Below are positions 1 to 12,805 of a DNA stretch of 64,000 bases, in pieces (within the stretch, counting starts at the first letter, position 1; each line of letters begins with the position of its first letter). The notes below the pieces were generated by a model. That model was not told the origin of the DNA, ran no database searches, and saw nothing but the letters and a program-made list of their open reading frames with translations. The DNA comes from Octopus vulgaris. Taxonomy: Eukaryota. The translations under genes were made by a program, and so were the position numbers. The DNA is taken from assembly GCA_951406725.2 (NCBI GenBank), contig OX597823.1:5146001-5210000 (forward strand). The letters are read 5' to 3'.

Positions 1-710
1 GTGTCCCTTTCAACACATTACTTTTCTTTAGCTCAATATATCTACCAAAATATCCCCTTTTTTTCATTTTTTTTTTTAGAATACAAATTTCATGGGGCAA
101 AAATACGAAAACTAATATCAAAACCCATTCCTGCTTCCTATAAAATATTTTCTCAGGCTCTCCTTACAAACTATGCAAATCTTCTATTGAGGATCTTTTC
201 CTCTGTAAATTCTGACTCATTGTTTGTGTGTGTCCCTTCTACTCATCTACCAGGGACTTAGGTTTACTTTATATTATCTCTACTGGCCCTTTTCCTTCTA
301 TACTGTGAAGGAACAATATCTAATGGGAATAAAACAAAAAAAAAAAAAGGTAATAAAATATATTGATCGAGGTGAATAATAATATCCATGTATTTGCTAT
401 TAGACTGTTTTGACATGGAGAATTCTCATAGATTTCCTTTTTTTTTAAATTTTTGTTGGGATTCTTTTGGTGGGTGTACATGTAGGTGTATGTGTGTGTC
501 TATGTATGTAAATGTGTGTATGTGTCTGTTAGTGTATATACATGTTTATAGATATGTGTGTGTGAACAACTCAATTTCCTTTTCTATTTTCCCACATTAG
601 CAAATAACACTTCCATTTGCAAGAATGATTTAGTTTTTCCTAAGTATGAAATGAAACCTGTACATTTATAGGTTTATACGCATGCATTCTTGTATGTATA
701 TATGTATGTA

Positions 711-741
<31 letters not shown>

Positions 742-3700
742 ATAAACCTCCTCCTTCCCCCTCCTGTGTGTGTGAGAGAGAGAGACCTGTATAATGCTTT
801 CAATTTGTTATTGAAATATTAGCAATTTCTGATCTTCACTCATGCATACATATATCTACCTCTCATGTATGTGTCTCTGTCAATATATATGTATGTACTT
901 ATGAGTGTGTGTGCGTATGTATATATGTATAAGTACGCATGCTCACATAATTACACACACACACACACACATTAAAGGATGAATGCTAGCAAGCTGAAAC
1001 TTCGACGCCACTGTCAACCTTTTCCTTGTAAAAGTTAAAAATGTACTCTGCTAAAAGTATTGAGTAATCCTTCAGCTTAATGTTAAATTGTTTATATATA
1101 TATATAACCTGATATAAAAACAAAGGTATATGTATATATATATATATATATAGATATATATACACACACAAACACATGTGTATATATAAGAGAGAAAGAG
1201 AGCTAGATATAAATTCTCATATATCTGCTTCTTGCCTGGCATTCTTATTGACAAATGCATTCACTGTCTCATACTCACACACACACACACACATGCAGAC
1301 ATACACATGTGCATTTATCTTCTTGGTTAGGTCTTCAGTTGCATTTTAAAAGCTTCTTGTGTTTTTTTTCTCTACTTTTTCTCTAATTAAGAATTTTTCT
1401 TTGCAAAACCATTTCTACTGGATAAACTATATAATTGTAACTTAATAGATTGAGAAACATTGGACAGCAGATATATTCCACTGGTAGCAGTAGATTTATT
1501 CATTTAACCCTTGTCATATCCACCCAACTTGTTATCTAAATTAAAACCTTTTGTCAAAATTCTAGGTTAATTTAATGTTCCAAAACACCAGATTAATAAT
1601 GATAAAGTTATTTTATTTATTCCTTATTTTCAAAATTAATAAAAACAAAAGTAGGATATTGCAATAGGAATAAGGTGAAAAGAGATTAAACAGACTTTAT
1701 ATTCAAAGGCTTCCCAGCCATGACTATCCAGTCATTTTTTAATCACAGTCCCAGACTACATCATCCAATAATGATGGTAGGGTATGATTTAACCCTTTTG
1801 GTACTAACCTACATGAAACTGATCCCTGGTTCTATATTATAAATCTCCTGTTTTAATCAGAAATATGGTAACAATTTCAACAGAAATACAGTAATACAGG
1901 GCTAACCTAATTCACCCTTTGACATTTAAACTGGCCATATCTGGCCCGAATATTCCACTGGTTTTATGTTCAGGTTGGACAGATGAAGCCACTTACACCT
2001 ACTCTACACTGTCATTCTAAATATAAACAGTCACATCATTGAGAGTTCAGAACTATGAGATAATGCCTGATTAATTCAAAACAATGTGAATAAATAAGCA
2101 TTGCATCTGAATGTTAAAGGGTAAATTAGGCAAATATCAAGAATTTAAACTGTAATTCACCAGCCAGTTAACCAGCCAGTATCTAATGTCCTCTGGTCTA
2201 TGTTGAAAAGTTTATTTTATTGCAAATGTTCAGAGCTAACTCTTAGTTCTTCTCCTGACCAAGTTTTTGATGTCTCTCTCTTATTTGTTGTGTTTTTAAC
2301 ACAGCAAGTTCATAGGAGATGTTATCTCAGGACAAATACTGCAGTGACTGACCTATTTACAATGTGATACGTAGTTGGCTTTTTAAAATTAAATACTGCT
2401 TCTATTGCATATAACGAATTTTTATTCAGCTGAGCAGCTATTTGAATTATCAGTAAATGTTTTATTCACTTTTTCCTATAGCAGTCCTGACTGTAAATTT
2501 TAATCCACCCTCCTCTCTCATTATAGTGTATATTTTTACATTCTCTCAGTTTGTCTCAGTGATTCTCAACCAGGGTCCATATGACCTTTGGGAGCCCATA
2601 TAAGATTTTGTTAAAATTTATGTGAAATAAATTGTACTTTAGTACACAAAATATTTTAAGAATCTTTATACAATTGTTAATAATATTTAATTTTAAAATT
2701 AATGCTGTGTTGGGACACCATATTTCGTTATGCAACCATAATATACTACATCTTCATCATTTAACGTCTGCTTTCCATGTTGGCATGGGTTGGATGGTTT
2801 GACAGATGCTGACTAGGCAGAAAACTGCACCATGCTTCACTGTCTGTATTGGCAGTCCTTTTTACATGGCACTAGCACAGGTGAGGTCAGTTTTGGCATG
2901 TTTTTTTTACAGTTGGATGTCACCCACTTTACAGCATGGAGTGGATGCTTTTTGCGTGACACCAGCACAAAATATATTCTTTTCTACTCTAGGCACAAGG
3001 CCCGAAATGTTTGGGGAGGGTCAATTAGATTGACCACAGTATGCAACTAGTACTTAATTTATCGACCCTGAAAGGAGGAAAGACAAAGTCGACCTCAAAG
3101 AAAGATGAAATACTGCTACACATTTCGCCTGGTGTGCTAACGTCTCTGCCAGCTCACCGCCTTAGAACAAAGTATATTTAATGTTTCTATAAGTCAATAC
3201 TGTGTTTCTACTGTGTTAGCAGTGCTATTACATCACTTGTTAAGATAATCATAACAAGTTAATTATAAAAATATAATAAGAGTTTGAAGCATTGAATGGC
3301 TATGAGGGTCCACCTAAATAAAATGAGGATCAAAGGGGTCCATGGGCCAAAAATGGTTTGAGAACAACCAATCTAGCTATTGGATTAGATGAATATATAT
3401 ATATATATATATATATAGAAACCGAAAGAAGTTTTTTGTGCATACATGCACATATGTGCATGTGCATCTCACGTGTGTGTGTGTGGAATCGTCTAAAAAT
3501 CCATGTCAGAAAAAAATATGCCAAGGTACCATGCAACAGGACTGAACCTGAAACTATGTGGTTGGCATGCAAGAAAGTTAAGTTCCAGCAATCTTATAAC
3601 AAGATTGATATAAGAGGATTAAAATTTAGAACAGAACTTTTGGGTCTTTAATTTATTCATTCAACTGATGGTAGTTTTTTTTTTAAAGTATGAAAGATTT

Positions 3701-4372
3701 TGATTATAACTACAGATGATTAAATATTTTTCAAATAAAATGTTGTTTAGTTTGTTGGAAACATCATTGAAGGCTTTATCTTACATGTTTGGGAGGAAGA
3801 ATGTAGTGGAATGGTTTATTATTGCTTTATCAAGACTCTTTAATAGAGTTTGCAAGCTAATATAATCTTCATCAAATATTATAGTACCACCATCCATGAT
3901 TTACAGTACCATCTTGTTTCATTAAATTTTAGCTGTTTAGCCCTTTAGTACCAAAGGCATGGCTGTCTAGTTTTATTCCAATCAAAGTGTTATTTAGGAC
4001 TATGTTATCAAATATATGTTTTCATATTGAAGACTTATATTTACATCGTTACTATTCTGCTACTCCACCATCAGCACCATTGGTCACTCTCACTCCTCAC
4101 CCACCATTCACTACATCCACCCCTCAACCTTACCTAATCTCTACAGTTATCACCTATTCTTCCCCATCTCCCCTGCATCCCCTACATCCCTACACTCAAC
4201 ACTTGTTCTTCATTCATTATATTCACCCCTTCACCTATTCCCCATCTCTCACTTTCCCACTAGCAGCCTCCACCCACTCATACTCCCAGTTGTTCATCTC
4301 CCATCCTCTTGTACTCACCTCATACATTGAAGATCCAGGCACACCTCCTCATCACTGCTATTTTATATTTTA

Positions 4373-4656
4373 CTAGCAGTATCGCCCGGCGTTGCTCGGG
4401 TTTGTAAGGGAAATAACTATATAAGCATTTTTAGAGTTATAGCAAAAAAATGCATTAAAAATGGGGAAAAAATGATGGTAAATTTTTTTTTAAATCGTAG
4501 ACTCATCGTAGATGCGCGCTAATACCCAGAAGGGCTCGATATGAATCACGACTATAAGATACCTGGTTTTGGTTAAACTGCACCGCAAAAGGTGGGAGTA
4601 GTTAGGAATCTAAATCGTAGGAGACAGACACACAACCTTACTTTTATATATAAAGA
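4373..4656 (-). mobile_element. Non-autonomous Helitron, copy 1
   Basis: On the - strand: A|TC 5' end, CTAG|T 3' end, GC-rich hairpin (cccggcgttgctcggg, 4385-4400) about 12 nt from the end, no TSD. Highly similar copy at 17571. Confidence 0.85.
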
Positions 4657-5966
4657 TTTCCTCCCACCATCTGAGCCACTTCAGTCACCATCCCCTCTTT
4701 TTCTAAAGTAGGAGTAGCCATATAGCTCCTCTACTGCCAGAAACCTGTTCTGTTCTGGCCTCTTCTCTCATACTTTAACCTCTTCTAGTATGAAGCTACC
4801 TCTCAACCACACTAGTGCTGGTACCATGGAAAAGGCACCCAGTGCTCTCTGTAAAGTGGTTGGTATTAGAACAGATATCTATTCATAGAAACCATGTCAA
4901 GGTAGACAGTAGAGTCCTTACATTTGTCAGATCCATTGAAACTATCCAGCCCATGGAGCAAGCATGTTAAATAATGATATGTGATTTGAGTGAAATTTGG
5001 TTGTTATTTTATGCAAATCAAGCAACAGCATTGAAGCTCTTTCATTGGTTTGTTGCTAAATTTGCATGGACTATTGAGAAATATACATCTTTGTTTGGAA
5101 CACATCAGGCTGCCAGTCACAGGGTACAAGCTCTACAGCTTTGGTTAGTCTGTTGGTATGTTGTTGATTTGGTTAACAGCAATATATTAGAAGCTTACCA
5201 ATTAAGTGTAGACATGGCTGTGGTTAAGAAGCTTGTCTCCGAACCTCCAATTCAGTCCTACTGTGCAACACTTTTGGCAACCGTCTTCTATTGTAAGGCC
5301 AGGCCAATCAAAGCCTTGTGAGTGGATTTGGTAGGCAGAAACTGAAAGACTGGAGTGTGTGTTTGTGTCCGTGTCTGTCCCTGCCTTGACGTCATATGAT
5401 GGTTGTAAACAAGATCAACCTCATGCAAGTGATGTTGTTCATTTCCAGTCTTCTGTGGAGAACATTTCTGGCGATGGGAAACATTACCTTGCTTGGGAAT
5501 AGATGAGTCTTGGAAACAGGAAGGGCATCCAACCATACAAGATCTGTCTCATTGAATTCTATGTGGCCCATACAATCACAGTAATGGTGATGATTAAAGC
5601 CCTCACTAAAAAAGGCTTGGTCCCTACTCTTAGCAGATAACAGTTACCATCTAATTTGATTATTACTTTTCTTTTTGACCCTTTAATTTTCAGATTACAC
5701 TAATGTTTATTTATTCACATTGAATTTATCACTTAGTATCTTGTACCTTGAGCTTTAGAATGACATAGTGTAGGTGTGAGAGGCTGTGTCTGGCCCAGTT
5801 TGAACATAAAATACTTAGGCTGGATATAGCTGGTTTCAATGCTGAAGGGTTAAAGATATATGTAAAGTTTTCAAATTTTCTATATCAATGTTTATCAGCA
5901 GGGTAAAGTATATACCCCACCTGTGTGTGTGTGCATGCATGTATGTATATATATATATATATATAT

Positions 5967-6401
5967 AACTTATAAACAAGGGCAAAAGAAAAATTCTAAT
6001 GCCGAAAATCAACTTAAATCGTCCATAACCATATAATTCATCACTATAAGAACGCGTCTCGAAGTAAGCCGACAGAAATTTCAAAAAATTCCGTTATTAT
6101 CATATCAGTTCTGATTTCAGAGTTAATTCATAAGAATTTTCTCCTTGTCTGTGATAAATACAGTAACAAATAAATGAAATACCTACTTATACCCATGAAA
6201 GAAGCAAACACTAAATCCTGAGTACAATTAAGTACCCCAAATATATCCAAAATAGAAATTTGATACAAATTTTTAAAAATTTCTGTCGGCTTACTTCGAG
6301 ATGCGTGCTTATAGTGATGAATTATATGGTTATGGACGATTTAAGTCGATTTTCAGCATATTGGGCATTAGAAATTTTTCTTTTGTCCTTGTTTATAAGT
6401 T
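5967..6401. repeat. Long inverted repeat (arms 5967-6090 and 6268-6401)
   Basis: Arms of ~124-134 bp are near-exact reverse complements around a 177-nt spacer. Confidence 0.9.
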
Positions 6402-6729
6402 GTTTATAAATTTAACCTTTAAAGGTATTTTTTAATATGCTGGCCATCGATAGAATTTTTTTCGAAAAATTTTATCCTATATTAGATGTTAATTTAAATA
6501 TATATATACACACACAAATGAATATGGTACTTAAGCTAGATACACCAGAATTTTGTATGGTGTTATCCATATAAATCCATGGGGTGATTATAATCAAAAT
6601 AAGCAACAAGAATATCTTCGGTAATTTGGTACAATCGTTTCACGCTACATCATTTTATTAAACATTGTAAGTATTACAACAGTTTTAAAATGTTGAGCAA
6701 TCATATATATACATACACACACACATAAA

Positions 6730-6877
6730 TCATCATCATCATCATCATCGTTTAACGTCCGCTTTCCATGCTAGCATGGGTTGGACGGTTCAACTGGGGT
6801 CTGGCAAGCCCGAAGGCTGCACCAGGCCAGTCAGATCTGGCAGTGTTTCTACAGCTGGATGCCCTTCCCTAACGCCA
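6730..6877 (-). mobile_element. RTE LINE 3'-terminal fragment
   Basis: (CAT)n followed by cgtttaacgtccgctttccatgctagcatggg, the reverse complement of the 61220-61374 tail. Similar fragments near 2750-2970, 4810-4980, 18010-18125, 32065-32270 and 53517-53720. Confidence 0.85.
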
Positions 6878-6881
6878 TATT

Positions 6882-6920
<39 letters not shown>

Positions 6921-7834
6921 ATAAATATTTATATATATATATTGTTTCAGTCATTAGTCTGGCCATGCTGGGGCACCAACAAATTACACATCACATTATG
7001 TTCAGAAAATTAGTTCTGCGGGTCATCGTATATCTCACTTGACTATGGCCTTGCAGCAACTCCTGTCTTTTATTGTCTTTTTTTAAATTTTAACCTTTAA
7101 CCTGTTACTCCTCTCTGATTGTTGTTGAATCCTAAGTCATTCCTGATTGAGCAGACCTTTAATCAGTTATTCTACGACCATTCTATTTTATTTTCATCAC
7201 TACATTTTCCAGTGTGTCCCTTTTTTTTAAAGTTGGTATAATGTACTTTGAGGGACTTTGGTTGTTATTTCTAGCAAACTTAACGACTACATAGAGGTCC
7301 CGATATTTGTCTCTCCTGTTGTTATGGTTGTCCTGTTATCTAACCACACACACACACACATACACACACTCTTCTAGTCAAGCTATAGTTTCAAATAGGT
7401 CGGGAGTTTACTTGGCCACATAACAATGGTATCTTACTCCGAAATCCCCAACCTGTTTCATGTTTATTGTATTACCAATTCTTCTGTTTTCGTATGACAA
7501 CCAGGCTGTGAAATGTTTTCTATAATGGTTTTATCACAGATTAAGTTTCTCTTGTCATTTTTTTTTAGATGGAATTATCTGATTTGCCCTCATTTTTTTT
7601 TGTTTTGCTTTGTAGGGAAGTTCCTTCTGTCTTGTCACCATAATAATGATTATCATCCTCCTTGCCACCACCACCTCCACCACCTTTGTCATTATCACCA
7701 TCATTGTTACCGCTTATCAGCATCACCATAACACACCACCATCACTAATTTATGCCTATCTTTTGATTTTGGTATTGGTTGGTATGGATCTGTTCCAGCA
7801 CAGTATCATTTACTTGTCATTGTCCTTCCTTATC

Positions 7835-7870
<36 letters not shown>

Positions 7871-9126
7871 ACACACAAAAGATGCTAGCAATCTTTGTTG
7901 TATGTCATATATTTTAGATATGGTTTTTATGTTTTTCCTATCTCCCAACCATTTTTACATGTACCAAGTACATTCCATTGTTACTTCCAGCACTGGAGAA
8001 GTTGTTTGTGCTACGACTGTAAGATTACCATTGCTCCAGCTTGGGCAGCCCATTTATTGTTAATTCTGTTTGTATTTTTGTTTTTGTGTGTGATGTTTAA
8101 GTCTGGACAAAGAAGCTGTCTCCATGCCTTTGTAAGACCTCCAGGACTAATGAGATTGATTAACGATTGGGGTTCTTCCTGTTCATTACTCTAGGAACTG
8201 CAGTTTTCAATCACAGCATTCAGGAACACATGGCCCTAACTTCTGGCGGTCCTCCACAGTCTTAAATTTCTTGTGTTTTACTTTTTTGGTGTGGTTCCCA
8301 CAAAGGAATCCAGGTTTTGGATCCAGTCTGAATATTACAAAGGTTATGAACCACCAATCTAGGTAAAATAGGCAAGGAGAGTGCTTCCTGATGGGCCAAA
8401 TTCTGGGGAGAAAAGATTAGTTCTATGGGACCTGGAACTGGAGTAGGCATAATGGAGATAATGAGAGATGGGGTGAATGAGTGAAGGATTAGTGAGGTGG
8501 TATGAGTCAGGTGAGTCAGGTATGGGGTATGAGTCAGGTGGGTGGAGGTGGTAATTGTGGGAGCTTTTGATAGGAGTGGATACAGTGACAAGAGGAGTAT
8601 GAAATAGGCCTGGGTAGAGGTGTTGAGTCATGTATGTGAGTCAGGTGGGTTGGAGTGGTGTTAGTCGTGTGAGTCAAATGGGCTGGGGTGGGGTTTACAG
8701 CCAATTCCACAGAGCAGTGAATACTGTAGTAGTAGTAGTAGTAGTAAAGGCAGAGAATTTAGTATCTGCAGATCTGTTGGTGTGTGTGTTGAGGGGCAGT
8801 GGTTGGAATGTGTGGGTGTGGAACTCCATGTCAAGTCTGTTAGAACTGGTGCAAAATACCTGAAGGTATAACTTTCTTGCTGTTGTCCTCCTCCTCCACA
8901 TCACCACCATCATCATCATCATCATCATAGTTCTTCTAGCCATTAATTGTTGACTGACATTTCTTCACTGGTTAACAGCTTATAGAAATTCTTTCCTTAC
9001 TTTCTTTCTTTGTCAGTCTCTGAGATTCCCATTTATTCTGTCCTCTTATTTCAAGTAATGCTTGTGTACAAGATATTAACAGATATACTTGTACTTGGGT
9101 ATAAGTGCCATATACATACATACATA

Positions 9127-10395
9127 CAGGGTGCGATGGGTAAATTGTTGCCATTTTATATTTTTAATTTCCCGTATGCACATTGCTTATTTTTGATTTT
9201 GTTGACTACACAGTATAGTAGGGTCAGTTGGGCACCGGCTGTGATAAAAACAGTGTCATGATGCAATTCACTCTGCCAGAAATTTGGAAATGACATGCTG
9301 TATTGCTTGGCATTCATACCAGAAGCTCCAATACGAACAATACCAGTGCTTGGGTGTCAATCTTAGGACAGTGTAGAGGATTTGGAAAAAATTGGCTGAG
9401 TCTAATTGTGATTACAAAAGTAGGGCAGCTCGGAAAACTTACTCTGATCAGTCTGATAAAAGAACTCCTGAATTTGTTGGTGAGATCCAGGCCATGATTG
9501 TCAACAATCCCTCCAAGTCAGTGAGGTCCATTGCCAGGGACATTGGAGTGTCTGAGTTTCTTATCAGTACATGAAGACATTCGGTGTTCCTCATTCAAGA
9601 TGAGACAGGGCCAATTTCTATCCCAAGCCATCAAGGACAAGAGGAAAGACCACACTATGAAGCTTTTGAACAAACTCAAACATACTCTTCCACCAAACAT
9701 GCTTTGGTTTTTTGCAGACAAAAAATTTGTCAGGATCAGATGGTGAACACACAGAACAACTGTTGGCTTGCTGTGTCCCCAAAACATGTACCAAGAGTGA
9801 TAAAAATCAAACATCCAGTCAACATCATGGTGTTTGGAGTGATCACTTATGCCTCCTTTCATCTTCCCATACAGTCTCAGATTCAACACAGAGGTCTACA
9901 TCAAGTGCCTGGTGGAGGTAGTGCTGCCTTGGGTCAAGAGGGTGACTGCTCAAAGACCTTATGTCTGGCAACAGGACTCTGCACCATGCCACACAAGCAG
10001 GAAAACCCAGTCATGGCTGTCAGGCAATTTCTATGACCACATCACCCCTAACATTTGGGCACCTAACTCCCAGAATGCAACCCTCTTGATTTTTATGTGG
10101 GGGTACAGTTGAACAAGAGACCAACAAAACTTCTAACACCAAAGATGAACTGAAGGCAAGGATTATGGCAGTATTCACCAACTTAAACAAGGAGACCGTT
10201 TAGAAGAGTTGCAGGAGATTCCGGAATCATCTGGAGGCCATGTTTGAAGCCAATGGCGGTTTTATTGAATAAATTTACTCTTTAGTATTTCAAAATATTT
10301 TTATGTAATTTTGGTAAATATATCTTTTAAAATGAGTTGTGAGTGTTATTTTCATTTTAGCATAATTTAGATGACAATTTATTCACCACACCCTG
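9127..10395 (+). mobile_element. Degenerate, near full-length Tc1/mariner-superfamily element, DD37D (maT) type
   Basis: Imperfect TIRs TA|CAGGGTGCGATGGGTAAATTGT and ACAATTTATTCACCACACCCTG. Frameshifted transposase with WFFADKK, VWQQDSAPCH and PNSPECNPLDFYV; 37 residues between the 2nd and 3rd Asp after repairing one frameshift. Confidence 0.85.
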
Positions 10396-10582
10396 TTTAC
10401 ACACACACCTGTGTGTGTGTGTGTGTGTGTGTGTGCATACAGAACAATGTGTGGTTGCTGCAGTAGAAACATATGTTGGTTATTGTCATATCTGCTGTAT
10501 AAAACTTTTTATTAAAAAGTTTTGGGTGTGAATAAATCTCCACTCTTCTCCTGGCTTTCAATTGTAGATACGTATATTTATA

Positions 10583-10789
10583 TGGTTTCAAATTTTGGCA
10601 CAAGGCCAGCAGTTTAGGGGCAGTGGGTAAGTCAGTTACATCAACTCCAGTGCTCAACTGGTACTTAATTTATCGACCCTGAAAGGATGAAAGGCAAAGT
10701 CAACCATGGCAGAATTTGAGCTCAGAACAGACAAAATGCCATTAAGCATTTTTCCTGGCATTCTAATGATTCTGCCAGCTCACCACCTT
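10583..10789 (-). mobile_element. tRNA-derived SINE with Meta-domain-like centre
   Basis: On the - strand: aaggtggtgagctggcagaatc...ttgcctttcatcctttcagggtcgataaattaagtaccag. Other copies at 2980-3163 (-), 14625-15015, 22745-22963 (-) and 39560-39765. The family name is from recollection. Confidence 0.75.
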
Positions 10790-11160
10790 CATGTGTGTGT
10801 GTGTGTGTGTGTGCATGTGTGTATGATATAATGTATGTCTTAGACTTGTTTAGTTTACATGAGATTCCTGTCAAAGACTTGTTCAATTATTTTACACTGG
10901 TTATCATCATCAGCAGTAATTTGACATCTGACTTCTCTTTTTTTTTCAAGTGACCTAGCTAGATGGATGGCTCTGTGAAATCTGGTAAACCACTGTTGGA
11001 CTCAATCCAATATTGTATTCTTCAGTTGTCTGGCTGAACATCATTACTTCCCAGTTTCCATCTACGAAATGCACTCACAGACTTTGGTCAACCCAGGGCT
11101 TAAGTAGGAGACACTTGCCCAAGGTGCCCTGCAACCATGCACATCCTATGTAAGTGTGTG

Positions 11161-11196
<36 letters not shown>

Positions 11197-11206
<10 letters not shown>

Positions 11207-11320
11207 TATTAGAGACAAAACCACTATTTTGCAAAACAAACAAGGAAAGACTTAATCAATACAATGTATTGATTAAGTCGTTTTGCAAAATAGTGGTTTT
11301 GTCTCTAATAATATTTTATA
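11197..11320. repeat. Near-perfect 124-bp palindrome within (TA)n-rich sequence
   Basis: 41-bp outer stem, 11-nt one-sided bulge, 15-bp inner stem centred on 11264. Confidence 0.9.
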
Positions 11321-11400
11321 ATATTTTACTATAAAATTGGATTTAATCCTAAATCTGATTTTTTCCCTGTAAATTTGGATTTATTCCCTAATATTTATTA

Positions 11401-11526
<126 letters not shown>

Positions 11527-11653
11527 TCTCAACTTAGCTTTAATCAGAAGAACCAAAATAAATTTAAATATTATAATGCTTGACTGTGGGTTATATAAGA
11601 ATAGGAACATAAACACATTCCTTCCATACCATTGATGTGTAGAATACATTATG

Positions 11654-11690
<37 letters not shown>

Positions 11691-12384
11691 GCTGAATAAA
11701 CTAATCATCTAGCTACTCCCCCTCCCCTCTCCCACTTTCAGTTACCCATATAGATGAGATGTGGTTGAAATGAGTTAGAGCAGTGTGTGTGTGTGTGTGT
11801 GTGTGTGTATGACATATTGAATTTCTCAAACTTGTACTTGAAACATAATTTGTCCTCTCACAAATATTGTGTAATTCACGCTTGTTCTCCAACATAAACA
11901 ATGTAAAAGAAGGAAAATAACAAGCACATTAGCTGCCATCATTCTGGTTTTGTTATCATATTGCTTTTATTTATTCATATAGTCTTTTCTTTTTCATTTT
12001 GTTATTACAAATGCATGGTTTACTTTATTTAGTATTGGTATTTAGCTCCTAAGCACTTCTTCAATTACATATATTGGACATTTCTCTTAGACTTATTTTA
12101 ACATCCACTTTCTCATGCTGGCATGAGTTGGATGGAATTTGTTGAGGGAGATTTTCAGTAGCCAGACACCCTTCCTGTTCCCAGCCCTCGATTGTTTCCA
12201 AGTAAGGTAATATTTCCCCATGGACCAGACATGCTTTCACGGAAGATTAGAAATGGACACTGCTTGCTTATCAGTGATATTCACTTTCAACTATCATGTG
12301 ATATCAAGACAAGGGGACACTAACACACTTTCATGCATGCATACACACATATGTATGTATACACACACACACACACACAGAGAA

Positions 12385-12805
12385 AGATGACCATATTGAC
12401 ACTGATGGGTCAAAAGAATATTGGTGGAACTTAAAGATTAAAACAGCTTTCAAGTTAAGACTCAACTGGTCAGATATTGTGTGGAGTACAAAGAAACAAT
12501 ATTCTGTTGTGGAAATTAGCTGCCCTCTGGAACCTAGTGTGTTTAGAAAAATATAAGGGAAAGGACTCTATGGGCCATTGATCCAGTACCCAAGATGTAT
12601 TTCCAGATGCAAATCCAGTACCCAAGATGCACTTCCAGCTTCATACCTGTTATTACTGAAAGAATAAGATACCTACCAACCTGTCTGAAGCAAAGTATGG
12701 CTGAACTTGGTATCTTGGGCGGCGGGGCACAAATCCTTAATTCATATGTTACAAAGAATCATGATATCTGGGACTATAAAAATCTGAAAGACCTTAAGAT
12801 TTAAA
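12385..12805 (+). mobile_element. Remnant of a restriction-like endonuclease domain from an early-branching non-LTR retrotransposon (R4/Dong-like)
   Basis: KEYWWNLKIKTAFKLRLNWSDIVW...VVEISCPLE...QYP...FIPVI...YLPTCLKQSMAELG resembles the (RP)D...E-x-S-C-P...IPII pattern; frameshifted. Confidence 0.55.

Noticed and set aside
3987-4376. Pro/His/Thr/Ser-rich 129-aa ORF
   Set aside because: C-rich low-complexity tract, interrupted by a Helitron, with no splice or homology support.
12582-12640. ~30-bp direct repeat (tccagtacccaagatg)
   Set aside because: A local duplication inside a dead retroelement; two units only, not an array.
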